Counted from the stretch's first letter, positions 30,942 through 40,456 are shown. The stretch: 64,000 nt of DNA from Hadesarchaea archaeon (GCA_029259175.1 JAPDJH010000004.1:128001-192000), one strand, 5' to 3'. The notes: generated by a model from the sequence alone, not told the origin. Program-made: numbers and translations.

Positions 30942-31877
30942 TCACCTTTCATCTCCGATTACACTGTAGTCGTTTCTTTTACAACTTATCATTCCAAGTT
31001 CCCGGAGCAACGCTATCTTGCTTTGGGCAAACATCGTAGCCACATGTTCGAGCTGCTTTTTGAACTTCGCGGGATCGTTTCGCTTTCGGCTCCAGCTTTT
31101 GACATATTCATTGAACTTCTCATCATTTTGAAGCCAAACCGGGATATTTGTGTTGCCTCTCTTAAGCTCCTCAAAAATTCTACGCAAAAAGGAGTATTCT
31201 TTGTATCCCTTCGCGTCAATTTCTTTAAGATAGTTAAGAATCCATTCTCGCTCAGATTTAGATAACACTTGCTCGGCGCTTCCCTTATCAAAAATTGGAT
31301 TTTCTAACCTAGCAAACTCCAAACCCTCCCGTGTGAGAGAGACATAAACCTTCTCCCATTCTTTAGTTGAAATATTTTCTGCTCCCTCCATATGGATGAG
31401 ACCCATCTGGTGGGCCGGAATTATAAAATGCCACACCAGCCTTCCTATCGCTGAAGGCTTGGAGGAGCTTGGAAAACCGCGATATCGCCCGAGTCCAGCC
31501 TGCTCGAACACCTCTTTTGAAACATTAACCAGCTTCTGCAGGTTCACCGCCTTTCCGTTATTTTCGCTCATTATATGGGCAAGCACTCGCAATACCGCTT
31601 TCACCGGGAAAAAGGAGTTGAACTGTCCCCACGTGCCCACATGCCTAGCCTCCACCGAATCCAGCAGAACATTTCCGCTCCTGAGGTTCTCAAGCCTTGG
31701 CGGAGGGGCAAGATAGTTGGGAAACCATTCCGTCAAGCCGAAACCCCTAGCCTCTTCTTTGGGGCTACCAAGGATGGTTTCTTCAACTTCCAGCCGAGCC
31801 AACTCCTCTATCAACCTAGCGATTTTCCGGGCATTTTTACGCGTTATCTTTATTCGCAATTCCATCATCGGGATCAC
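30942..31877 (-). CDS. Hypothetical protein
   Basis: 311 aa ORF ending 6 nt before the GHKL gene. Confidence 0.65.
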   Translation of the reverse strand: MIPMMELRIKITRKNARKIARLIEELARLEVEETILGSPKEEARGFGLTEWFPNYLAPPPRLENLRSGNVLLDSVEARHVGTWGQFNSFFPVKAVLRVLAHIMSENNGKAVNLQKLVNVSKEVFEQAGLGRYRGFPSSSKPSAIGRLVWHFIIPAHQMGLIHMEGAENISTKEWEKVYVSLTREGLEFARLENPIFDKGSAEQVLSKSEREWILNYLKEIDAKGYKEYSFLRRIFEELKRGNTNIPVWLQNDEKFNEYVKSWSRKRNDPAKFKKQLEHVATMFAQSKIALLRELGMISCKRNDYSVIGDER

Positions 31878-32102
31878 TTCCCCGCATAAAATAATATGTT
31901 TAAACCCCTTATAAATATTTCCATTACCCTTTAAAACCTGTTAACGGGTATTGAAAAATATTGATAAAAAACGTAACAATATTTTGAACTCTTAAGTGAG
32001 ATCAAAGGCGGGCTGCTGCCAAAATGCTGAGGCGAGCTTCGTTCAACAGTTCTATTTTAGGAGCACATAAAACTATATATAGGACAAACCACAAATTCAA
32101 TA

Positions 32103-32282
32103 TGGAGCTATCAGGTGCTCCACATTTTTGGGTGAAAAATATCCCGCGGCGTTGCCGGGTTCCGCCAGCCCGAGCAACGCCGTTAAAAAGTGTGGTGGCC
32201 CCATGTCTCGCCCGCAAGGGGGCGTTCAATAATCGACCTGAGTCCTTCGGGCGCAGGCGTCCCAAAGTTATTTTGGAGCATC
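32103..32282 (+). ncRNA. Candidate structured non-coding RNA
   Basis: TATA-like TATATATA at ~32074; enclosing stem, 9-bp hairpin, GCAA and cUUCGg tetraloops. Confidence 0.45.
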
Positions 32283-32400
32283 TCACGGTGGCACCGTTCC
32301 TCACTATAGGATTAAAATAAGGAAGTCGGGGGTTGATAAAGTTGATCATTTGATCGAAAAATCACAGCATATGCCGGGGACAACTGATTTTGGATTAAAA

Positions 32401-32442
32401 CGGGCCAGCGGAGAAAAGAGTTGGTGAACCCCCGCTGGCCCG
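32401..32442. terminator. 11-bp perfect inverted repeat (terminator-like hairpin)
   Basis: CGGGCCAGCGG ... CCGCTGGCCCG downstream of the minus-strand ORF ending at 32477. Confidence 0.4.
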
Positions 32443-32476
32443 GTTGGGCGAAGGGTGACTGCTTTCAAAAAGAGCG

Positions 32477-32968
32477 TTAGCCCCATTTTCGTGGATTGAA
32501 AGCCAGCTCACGGTAGCTCTCCACCTCCACCTCGATTTCTGGATATCCCAGCCCCTGAGCTCCTCGATGCCTGAGAACCCGCAGGTATCCGCGCTCCAAG
32601 ATCGGCACATCGCTCCGGTTTCTGGCCACCAGCACGAGCCTGCTCGGAACACCGGCTTCGCGTGGGTGCTCCCGCGCGAGTTCCGCCCGCCTCAGACACG
32701 CCTCCACGCACCTGAGATCCACCCGCCAGATTCCGTTGTAGCAGAAAGGCGTGAACCACTCAATCCACAGGATCACACCAGGATATTTTCGGTTTTGATC
32801 CGCTACCATATCCACATAGCCGATCTTCGTGCTGCTGCTGGGGTCGTAACACGGGACCTCGAAACGTGTGCGCCAGCCCTTCCGTCTAAGATGGTGGGCC
32901 AGCTTGGGCACGTAGAAGTCCTGCTCTCCCCGACCGCGGTGTTTTCTGGTAGATTTACCCCCCTCCAC
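32477..32968 (-). CDS. Putative PD-(D/E)XK-fold protein
   Basis: LRRKGWRTRFEV...GYVDMVA...ILWIEW; GTG start after GGAGGGG. Confidence 0.55.
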   Translation of the reverse strand: MEGGKSTRKHRGRGEQDFYVPKLAHHLRRKGWRTRFEVPCYDPSSSTKIGYVDMVADQNRKYPGVILWIEWFTPFCYNGIWRVDLRCVEACLRRAELAREHPREAGVPSRLVLVARNRSDVPILERGYLRVLRHRGAQGLGYPEIEVEVESYRELAFNPRKWG

Positions 32969-33070
32969 GTGTTGCCCCTCCCTTTTGCTTCTGATTCTCG
33001 AGAGCCTCGATAAGCAGGTCAATCAGGCGGGATTCATTCTCCTCCGGAGTTCCGCGTCCCGCCGGCCGCA
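32955..33070 (-). other. Displaced 3' end of integrase (33 codons plus TAA) and attR core
   Basis: In the int frame across att: RGTPEENESRLIDLLIEALENQKQKGGATRGGG*. Confidence 0.65.
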
Positions 33071-34099
33071 TCACATCATGCTAGGAGGAGCAATGGGTTT
33101 GCTTTCTTCATCGAGATAGAATCTCTTGTTGATTCGAACGGCCCCGCGGGCGAGAGGAGTTATGCGGGTGAAAGCAACAACCCTGACAAAAGCGGAGCGA
33201 TACCAGGGGGTGCTCGGATGTCCAAAGCGACGCGCCATAGGAGTTCTATAGCTTTCACCCGTTTCCTCGTACAAACTGAAATCACGCCGGATGTCCGTGA
33301 CCACCAAGCCCATTTGATACAGCATCTGGTGCAATTTCCTCCATTTTGAAATCGAGGATTCAATCGTGGTCATGCCGAAATATCCTGCACATCCTTTTCC
33401 TCTCAAAGCTGTAGCGGCTCGAGAGAGAAAGAGTCGGAGCGCTGGAATCGTTTCCGTCGGATCCGTAACGAAAACGTCGAAACGCTTTTGGAAGCTCTTG
33501 GGTAAAGGCTTGCGTACGTCGTAGACACTGGCTCTCACTGGAAGGCGCAGGTCCTCTCCTATTCGATTTATGAAATCCACAACTCGATCATCAATATCTA
33601 CCGCGACCACTTCCCGGGGCATACGCGTCAGGGCCAACGCCAGACTGAACATGTCATCGTCGCCCACAACAAAGATTCGGCTTCCGGCCAGATCCCCACG
33701 TTCGTGAATGAAAACCATTCTGCGAAAAACGCTCTCGGCTGAGATGAACTTCTGATCTAATGATTCGCGAGGGGGTGGACGACCCTTTACCACGCGCTTG
33801 AAAACTTCAAAAACTCGACGAAATGGACTAGGAAGTGTGTATCCGGTTCCATCACAGTGTGAACATCGTATTCTTCCTGTGGGTCTCAAACCCAGAGCTT
33901 TTGCGGCCGATAGTCCGCGCGCTGACAAGACAACGGTATTGTTTCTAACTTTTACTAGTCCCCGCGAGGACAACCGGTCGAGAACACGGATAAAATCGCG
34001 AACACACAAATCCTGAACGCTCAGCAGAACATACACGTCCTCTTTTCTCTCGTTTAAGAGGTGCTGAAGAATTAGCTTTTCTGCCCGCTTAAAATCCAC
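33071..34099 (-). CDS. bpsA: Branched-chain polyamine synthase
   Basis: CSHCDG, VGDDDMFSLA, FDVFVTDPTET, FLSRA; adjacent to speD; GTG start. Confidence 0.85.
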   Translation of the reverse strand: MDFKRAEKLILQHLLNERKEDVYVLLSVQDLCVRDFIRVLDRLSSRGLVKVRNNTVVLSARGLSAAKALGLRPTGRIRCSHCDGTGYTLPSPFRRVFEVFKRVVKGRPPPRESLDQKFISAESVFRRMVFIHERGDLAGSRIFVVGDDDMFSLALALTRMPREVVAVDIDDRVVDFINRIGEDLRLPVRASVYDVRKPLPKSFQKRFDVFVTDPTETIPALRLFLSRAATALRGKGCAGYFGMTTIESSISKWRKLHQMLYQMGLVVTDIRRDFSLYEETGESYRTPMARRFGHPSTPWYRSAFVRVVAFTRITPLARGAVRINKRFYLDEESKPIAPPSMM

Positions 34100-34103
34100 C
34101 CTA

Positions 34104-34442
34104 TCAGCCTCGATCCAGCGAAAGGAGTCGATGAGATTTGGGTTTAAGTTTCTGGAGAAAGAGCTCAAAAGCTTTATCAGCCTTTTTGGGATCGCCGCAG
34201 GTGAACACGTCCAGATTAACGAGCTTGTATTCTGGCCAGGTGTGGATAGATATGTGGCTTTCGCTGAGCAACACAACGCCCGCAACGCCAAAGGGTTCAA
34301 ACTGTTTGAACGCTGAACTCACGGCGTGGAGCCCGCTCTCTCTGACGACTTCCCACACGATTTTCTCGACCTCGGACTGTTGGGCGATGAGCTTTTCATC
34401 GACACCATAAAGTTCTGCGATAATGTGTTTCCCTATCTGCAT
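34104..34442 (-). CDS. speD: S-adenosylmethionine decarboxylase proenzyme
   Basis: GKHIIAELY, LSESHISIHTWPEY, DVFTCG. Confidence 0.92.
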   Translation of the reverse strand: MQIGKHIIAELYGVDEKLIAQQSEVEKIVWEVVRESGLHAVSSAFKQFEPFGVAGVVLLSESHISIHTWPEYKLVNLDVFTCGDPKKADKAFELFLQKLKPKSHRLLSLDRG

Positions 34443-34500
34443 CCCCTCACCCCCAGCCGAAAAGTTTTAGTAAAAAAATATTTTTCTTCTTTTCGTTCGC

Positions 34501-35305
34501 TCACTTTTTCAAACATTTCTCCAGTTTCTTCACCGCCGAGTAGGAAACACAGATGTCGCCAACGCCGCCGAACCCCGAATCCGTTCCCCCCACCTCCACC
34601 AGCTTGTATCGCTTGGCCAGCTGCTTGAAGCGCTTTATGTCCTCACGTGTGTGTGTCGGGTGGTACACCTCGATGGCTTTAAGCCCTTCGCGGACGAGTT
34701 CGGGGAGAAAGCGCTCTGCTCCACCGAATTTGGGATGCGCGAGTGCAACTACTCCTCCTGCTTGGTGGATAAAATCCATAAGAACCGGAAGGGGATACTC
34801 CTCCCGCTCAACATAGGCAGGTTTTCCAGGACCGAGATATTTCTCGAAGACTTCCGGAACCGACTTGGCTTGCCCGGTCTTCAAAGTACTGGGCGATGTG
34901 GAGCCGTGTGAGGACTTCAGCGCCGCCCACCTCGTGCAAAAGTTCCTCGTAGCGCACGTCCAGGCCCAGGACTGAGAGCCTAGCAATTATGTCGTTTATC
35001 CTTGCGAGCCTCATGCCCTGGGCTCGCCCGATTTCTCGCCTCAGGCGTTCGTTGTGGGGGTCCACGAAGTAGCCGATCAAGTGGCAGTTGCTGTCCCCAC
35101 GCTCGTAGACGAGTTCTACGCCCGGAATCACTTGCACACCATAAGCTGGTGCCGCCCTGAGCGCCTCGACCGCCCCGCTCATGGTTTCATGCTCTACCAC
35201 GGCGATCGCCTTCAGACCTTTTCGCTTTGCGAGTGCCACCACGTCTGCCGGGCTGTACTTGCCCGTTGTCGCCGTTGTTCTGACGTGGAGATCAGCCTTT
35301 TCCAT
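34501..35305 (-). pseudogene. PHP-domain protein interrupted by a frameshift near 34884
   Basis: N-half (34808-35305) and C-half (34501-34986) both align to the intact paralog at 35312-36157; break at LHIAQY|LKTGQ. Confidence 0.75.
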
Positions 35306-35311
35306 GCGGTT

Positions 35312-36157
35312 TCACCCCAACAGCTTTTTGAGTCTTTTTGGAAGCTCCTTCCACCAGTTCCGAAGCTCTTCGACCACCTTGTACGGGACCGTCACAGTGC
35401 CAACGGGGGAACGCTTGGGCTCCGAATCCGTTCCGCCCGTCTCTATGAGTCCGTGCCGCTGAGCCAGCGATTTGAAACGCTTAACATCGTCTTTGGTGTG
35501 ATAGGGATGATACACTTCGATCGCACGGAGACCGTGTTTGACGAGTTCGGGTACCAGCTCCTCTGCTCGGCTGAATTTTGGGTGCGCAAGTGCTGGAACC
35601 CCTCCGGCTTCGAAGATAGGCCTCATTACTTCCGACAGAGGAAGCTGATAGCGAGGCACGTATGCCGGTTTGCCATAACTGAGATACTTATCAAAAGCCT
35701 GCATCATGTTAGACACAACACCACGTTTGACGAGCAAGCTGGCGATGTGAGTGCGGCCCAAAATTGCTGCGTTGCCTGCTTCGGCAAGTACGTCCTCATA
35801 AGAGATCTTGATCCCGAGCTTTTGGAGTTCTTCGATTATCCTTCTGATCCTCCACGCTCGAGCGGCTTGAGACCGACTGATCTCGGTGAGCAATGAACGG
35901 TTTTTCCAGTCGATGAAATAACCGATGATGTGGGCCTCTCGAGGGCCCTCCTCGTACATCAATTCGACACCGGGGATAACCTCCACACCATATCGTTCGC
36001 CGGCTTCGACTGCCTCTGGGATGGCCTCGACTGACTCGTGATCTACAATAGCGATAGCGGCCAAGCCCTTTTCTTTGGCCAAACGAACGGCTTCGGCGGG
36101 AGAAACACGACCCATAGAAGCGATGGTTCTAACGTGCAAATCGGCTTTTTTAGGCAT
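35312..36157 (-). CDS. PHP-domain phosphoesterase
   Basis: DLHVRT, IVDHE, PGVE, LAHP, GGTDS. Confidence 0.88.
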   Translation of the reverse strand: MPKKADLHVRTIASMGRVSPAEAVRLAKEKGLAAIAIVDHESVEAIPEAVEAGERYGVEVIPGVELMYEEGPREAHIIGYFIDWKNRSLLTEISRSQAARAWRIRRIIEELQKLGIKISYEDVLAEAGNAAILGRTHIASLLVKRGVVSNMMQAFDKYLSYGKPAYVPRYQLPLSEVMRPIFEAGGVPALAHPKFSRAEELVPELVKHGLRAIEVYHPYHTKDDVKRFKSLAQRHGLIETGGTDSEPKRSPVGTVTVPYKVVEELRNWWKELPKRLKKLLG

Positions 36158-36206
36158 CAGCCCCCTAGTATTACTCTACGTGTTTTGCGATAAATTCCTT
36201 TTGGAG

Positions 36207-36911
36207 CTATGAAATTAGTGGAAAGATTTGTTCAAAAATGTAGTTCACAAAATCGTGGAGATCGGCACGGCTGAACAGCGTGACCACACAGTTGCGCGTG
36301 ATCCCAATCACGAGCCCCCGATCTCTGATCTCGAAGAGCACGTACCAGATCTTCCCGTGCTTGAGATACTCTTTGTAGAGTTTGGTGTCGGCTAAGGCGG
36401 ATCCTGCTAGAGCCAGCTTTCCGATTCCGGGGAGGTCTACGCTGTCAAACCATATGAGCTTGGTGGCCTGTGGATTGGATTCGTGGAGTTCACGCAGAGT
36501 CTCGTGGGTGATCTGGGTTTCTACTATCGGGCCGGGCTTGATAAACAAGATCTCGCTCATTTTGTTGGCCACGAAGTTGGTCAACAGCTTCTTGACCCCT
36601 CGGGCCTTGGAGGGGGCAAGCACTGTTAAAAACATGCGCGAATCGTGGGGACGGAACCAGAACGGTACTTCCTCGGTCACAGGGGTTTCTATCAGTCCGC
36701 GCTTGTAGTGGCGGGCCATGATAAAGTCCTTGCTAAAGATGCCGGAGAGTGTGTCCTTCTCCAGTTTGAGGTCTAGAATCTCGGTCGAGAGGTTTATTTC
36801 TCCTTTCTGGGTTTTGTGGGGGCGCTCTTCTTTGAAATCCCTGAGTTTTCGCGCGATTGTCGGCAGAGACATGCGCTCCTTTATTTCAAAGATCTTGGCT
36901 ACCAGAACCAT
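36207..36911 (-). CDS. Hypothetical protein divergent from the SMC-like operon
   Basis: 234 aa protein-like ORF; no motif recognised. Confidence 0.7.
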   Translation of the reverse strand: MVLVAKIFEIKERMSLPTIARKLRDFKEERPHKTQKGEINLSTEILDLKLEKDTLSGIFSKDFIMARHYKRGLIETPVTEEVPFWFRPHDSRMFLTVLAPSKARGVKKLLTNFVANKMSEILFIKPGPIVETQITHETLRELHESNPQATKLIWFDSVDLPGIGKLALAGSALADTKLYKEYLKHGKIWYVLFEIRDRGLVIGITRNCVVTLFSRADLHDFVNYIFEQIFPLIS

Positions 36912-36968
36912 AGAATCACTTTATTTATGGTTGCTGGGCTCTTTAAACTGCGACGGAGAAAGGATAAG

Positions 36969-38852
36969 ATGGTGAGAGAGATGGGGTGTGCGATCATCAG
37001 GGAAGTCATCTTGGAGAACTTCATGAGCCATGAGTACTCGCGGATTCCGCTCACGCCCGGATTGAATGTGATCTGTGGGCCCAACGGGGCGGGAAAATCG
37101 TCCATATTGCTGGGTATTGCGGTGGCGCTGGGTCAGAGCTATACCGAGCGCTCAAAGCGCTTGGGCGATCTCATCATGCGCGGGAAGAAGCTGGCTCGGG
37201 TAAGTCTGGTGTTCGATAACCGGGCTGAGAACGGAAAGCGTCCAATTCCCGAGATAAATTCTGACACCATTGTTTTGTCACGCTATCTGAGCAAGGACGG
37301 CACCTACTGGTATCAGATAAACAACCGCACAGTAACAAAGGGGGATGTGCTGCGGTTGTTAGGTAGGTTATCGATAGATCCGGACAACATGCTCATCATC
37401 ATGCATCAGAACATGATCGATGTGTTCGGAGCTACGGATGCGAGTGAAAAACTGCGGATGGTGGAGGAAGCAGTTGGGATCCAAAGCTATAGGGAAAAGA
37501 TCATGGAAGCGCAACAAAAGCTCTCCCACACACTGAGCGAGGAAGAATCGGTAAGGGTGATGCTGCAAAAAGCCCAAGAAACGCTGCGCTACTGGGAGGG
37601 GGAGTACGAACGGCTCAAGCGCAAGCGCGAGCTCGAGCGAAGGAAAAAACAGTTGGAGTTGGAATACGCTTGGTCCAAAGTGGTGAGGCAGGAAAAGGCA
37701 GTAGCTGATCTCGAGAGACAGATAGAGAACATGAAAAACGAACTGGAAGGGGTAAGAGAAGAGCTGAAGAAATGGGACAAAAAACAGCACGTGTTGACTA
37801 ACAAGTTGAGAGAGCTTGATAGTCAAGTGGACGGGCTGTATCGTCGGCTCGTGGAGATCGGTCGGTGGGAGGCAAGACATCAAACCAGGCTCGAGCTGCT
37901 AGAACGTGTACAAAAAATCGCTGAGCTGAAAGAGAACATGCATTTCTTGAAAGAGGAGGCCGAGAAGGCCAAAAAGGAGATGGCGGAGGTGGAGGGTCTT
38001 CTAAGCAAGGCCAAAAGAAAGAGAGAAGAAATCCAAAAATCGTTGATAGAGGCGAGTGCAAAAAGCGCAGTGTTAGAATTTCGGCAAGGGTTGTTGGAGC
38101 ACGAGCTTTCGGATCTCAGGAGAGAACTGAGACGAGCGCGACGTGAGCTAGAAGAAACGACAGAGGAAGCACAGAAGATCGGGAGGCGTGTCGAAACCGC
38201 GCGAAAACCGCAGGAGGTGCTCGACGAACTGCGACTGGTGAACGCCCAGCTCGGCACGCTGGCAGACGTGCCGGCGGATGCTGAGCACATGTACCTCAGC
38301 TACAAATCGACGTTGAGAGAGCTGGAAAAGAAGGCGAGAGAGGTGGAGCGAAACAGACAGAGAGCACTCGAAGAGCTGGAGCTGCGCAAACAGCGATGGA
38401 GAGAGGAGATGGAACGATTGATTTCTGAGATCAACAAAGAATATCGGAGGTTTTTGGAGCGAGTGGGGGGAACGGGTGAGATCTCGCTGGTTAACGCGGA
38501 AGATATCGAGAGCGCAGGGTTGGAACTCACGGTGGGATTCAAGGGCATAACGCCGCAGATCTTGGACGCATACACTCAGAGCGGAGGGGAGCGCACGACG
38601 GCTTTGATGTGCTTCTTGTTGGCGCTTCAAAGGAGGATAAAGTCGCCGGTGCGAGCGATCGACGAATTCGAGGCGCACTTGGATCCGAGGAATCGGGAAA
38701 ATCTCTTCCAAAGCGTTGCGGAGGTCGCGAACAGCGACACGGCGCAGTACTTGGTGATAACACCCGGACGGCTGGCAGGTATTGAAAAAGCGTTCAATGT
38801 GATCGTGGTGCAAAGCGTTGGCGGGGTGTCCAAGGTGGGGGTGGTAACATGA
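36969..38852 (+). CDS. Short archaeal SMC-related ATPase (ClsN/Arcadin-4/ASRP-like)
   Basis: LENFMSH, GPNGAGKS, long coiled coil, QSGGE signature, AIDEFEAHLD; ~627 aa. Confidence 0.88.
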   Translation: MVREMGCAIIREVILENFMSHEYSRIPLTPGLNVICGPNGAGKSSILLGIAVALGQSYTERSKRLGDLIMRGKKLARVSLVFDNRAENGKRPIPEINSDTIVLSRYLSKDGTYWYQINNRTVTKGDVLRLLGRLSIDPDNMLIIMHQNMIDVFGATDASEKLRMVEEAVGIQSYREKIMEAQQKLSHTLSEEESVRVMLQKAQETLRYWEGEYERLKRKRELERRKKQLELEYAWSKVVRQEKAVADLERQIENMKNELEGVREELKKWDKKQHVLTNKLRELDSQVDGLYRRLVEIGRWEARHQTRLELLERVQKIAELKENMHFLKEEAEKAKKEMAEVEGLLSKAKRKREEIQKSLIEASAKSAVLEFRQGLLEHELSDLRRELRRARRELEETTEEAQKIGRRVETARKPQEVLDELRLVNAQLGTLADVPADAEHMYLSYKSTLRELEKKAREVERNRQRALEELELRKQRWREEMERLISEINKEYRRFLERVGGTGEISLVNAEDIESAGLELTVGFKGITPQILDAYTQSGGERTTALMCFLLALQRRIKSPVRAIDEFEAHLDPRNRENLFQSVAEVANSDTAQYLVITPGRLAGIEKAFNVIVVQSVGGVSKVGVVT

Positions 38853-39655
38853 GGCGGAGCGAGCGGCGTGAATTATTGGAACGCGTCATAGAGCTGGCGG
38901 AAGCTGTTCGGTCAAAGGGGCTGGATCCGTTCGATGTTCGGGTGCGGGAGTTCTTCCAGAAGCTGCGCGAGCTGCTGCCGATGCTCCGAAGCTATGAGGA
39001 GTTGTTTCTGGATGCGCAGGCGGTATTGGGGCTCTCAGACGTTATCCAGCACCAAGAGGAGTGGGTGAAACACCGCTCGTCGGTGCTCTATCTTGACCCG
39101 CTGCTGATAATGCTGAAGGTTCAAGCACTGGATTCTCAAGAGCTGGCCGAGATCTTTCTGAGGGTGTGGAAGCCGGTGGTGGAAGTGGAGGTGCTCTCGC
39201 CGGGCGGTCTGCGTGAGGCTCTGGACTACTGGACGGAACTCTCACCGCTGAGTGAGCGGGCGAAAGAGCTGGAGGGAGGCGGTAAAGGGGTTTCAGCGAT
39301 CGGTGAAAGGGAGCTGGAGCGGTGGGGGGTGCTGGAAAGGGAGGAGTTCGAAAAATTGTTGGAGAAAACGCGACGGGAACTCGAGAGAACGTGTGGGAAA
39401 GAGGGAAAGGTCTCCTACTGGGAGTTCGTGAAGGGCCCAAGTTATGAGCAGACGGTAAAGCGGGCGTGGATGGTGAGCTTTCTGGTTTCCTATGGATACG
39501 CCGATCTCGAGCTTGATCCGCTAGAGGAGGAAATAACCATCCGGATTCGGGGAGAGAGAGGGCAGCCGGAGGAGGTGAAGTCGCTCCCCATTGCGATCAC
39601 GAAAGAATGGTGGAGGGGCAGATATGCAGGAAGAAGTGGCAGAGCTGCGGCATAA
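38849..39655 (+). CDS. ScpA/kleisin-like subunit
   Basis: LDPFDVRV N-terminus and C-terminal winged helix (VSFLVSYGYADL); ATGA-coupled to the SMC-like gene. Confidence 0.7.
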   Translation: MRRSERRELLERVIELAEAVRSKGLDPFDVRVREFFQKLRELLPMLRSYEELFLDAQAVLGLSDVIQHQEEWVKHRSSVLYLDPLLIMLKVQALDSQELAEIFLRVWKPVVEVEVLSPGGLREALDYWTELSPLSERAKELEGGGKGVSAIGERELERWGVLEREEFEKLLEKTRRELERTCGKEGKVSYWEFVKGPSYEQTVKRAWMVSFLVSYGYADLELDPLEEEITIRIRGERGQPEEVKSLPIAITKEWWRGRYAGRSGRAAA

Positions 39656-40163
39656 GCTTGCACGGGCGGCACAGCTTCTGTTGTTCAAGCACCACATGCA
39701 CCCAGGAGCGAAGCGGTGGGAGCTCCGGCGGGCGCTGGGACGAAATTACGAGCAGGTCCTGCGGGCGCTCGATCAGGAGCTAAGCAAACTGGGGCTCAAG
39801 GTAAAAAAGGTAGAAGGGGGGGATGCGGATTCGGATCTCTTTGTAGTGACGTTCAAGGAGCACCCGCCGCTCAACGAGTTCCGCACGTTCGGGTGGAGAA
39901 TAGACGATATGGCCATGCTGACGGCCGTGCTGGCCCATCTGGTGGTCAAGGGAGGGAAGGCTCCAGCGAAGGAAGTCATGCAGATACTGGAGGAAAAGTT
40001 TCCGAAGTGGCGAGTGCAGGCGGGGATCGATCGGTTTATCCGGAGGGGGTATCTGTCGGAGGACGACAAGGGGGTGCTTTACATAGGGTGGCGGACGAGG
40101 GCAGAGATCGATCAGCAAACGCTTGTCGGGCTTTTGCTGGGAAAGCCCGGTGAAAAGGGCTGA
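39624..40163 (+). CDS. ScpB/kite-like tandem winged-helix subunit
   Basis: Two winged-helix-like halves, YIGWRT ending; third gene of the operon. Confidence 0.65.
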   Translation: MQEEVAELRHKLARAAQLLLFKHHMHPGAKRWELRRALGRNYEQVLRALDQELSKLGLKVKKVEGGDADSDLFVVTFKEHPPLNEFRTFGWRIDDMAMLTAVLAHLVVKGGKAPAKEVMQILEEKFPKWRVQAGIDRFIRRGYLSEDDKGVLYIGWRTRAEIDQQTLVGLLLGKPGEKG

Positions 40164-40202
40164 ACACAGTTTTAAGACCGGGAGATGAAGATTTTCTCGA
40201 GT

Positions 40203-40280
40203 GGGCCGGTAGCTCAGTCTGGTATGAGCGCTCGCTTCGCAAGCGAGAGGTCGCGGGTTCAAATCCCGCCCGGTCCACCA
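40203..40280 (+). tRNA. tRNA-Ala(CGC), CCA encoded
   Basis: CTCGC-TTCGCAA-GCGAG; G3-U70 pair. Confidence 0.95.
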
Positions 40281-40456
40281 CTCGAATTGCTCAGCGATCC
40301 ATCTTGGTCATAGCTGTGAGGATGTCAGAAGCAGCAGATAAGGCGATAGGAGTCCTCTTCGGAAGTCTGGGTCTCCCGCGCGGCCCCGTTCTAGGAGGGG
40401 TGAGGGCTCACTCGGGTGCTCAAGCCAATGAAGAACGGCCTCGGTGATGCCTGGGG

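Larger units (their letters stand above)
19064..33070. mobile_element. ~14 kb integrated element (tyrosine integrase, tRNA-Gly target) carrying defence-like cargo
   Basis: 14-bp direct repeat TCCCGCCGGCCGCA at 19064-19077 (tRNA 3' end) and 33057-33070; integrase at the left end; housekeeping genes resume at 33071. Confidence 0.85.

Noticed and set aside
32070-32300. Retron msr-msd or cobalamin riboswitch
   Set aside because: No reverse transcriptase in the element, and the conserved cobalamin-box sequences are absent
40300-40456. Possible C/D sRNA or small ORF after tRNA-Ala
   Set aside because: Only degenerate boxes, no terminal stem, and the ORF is not protein-like
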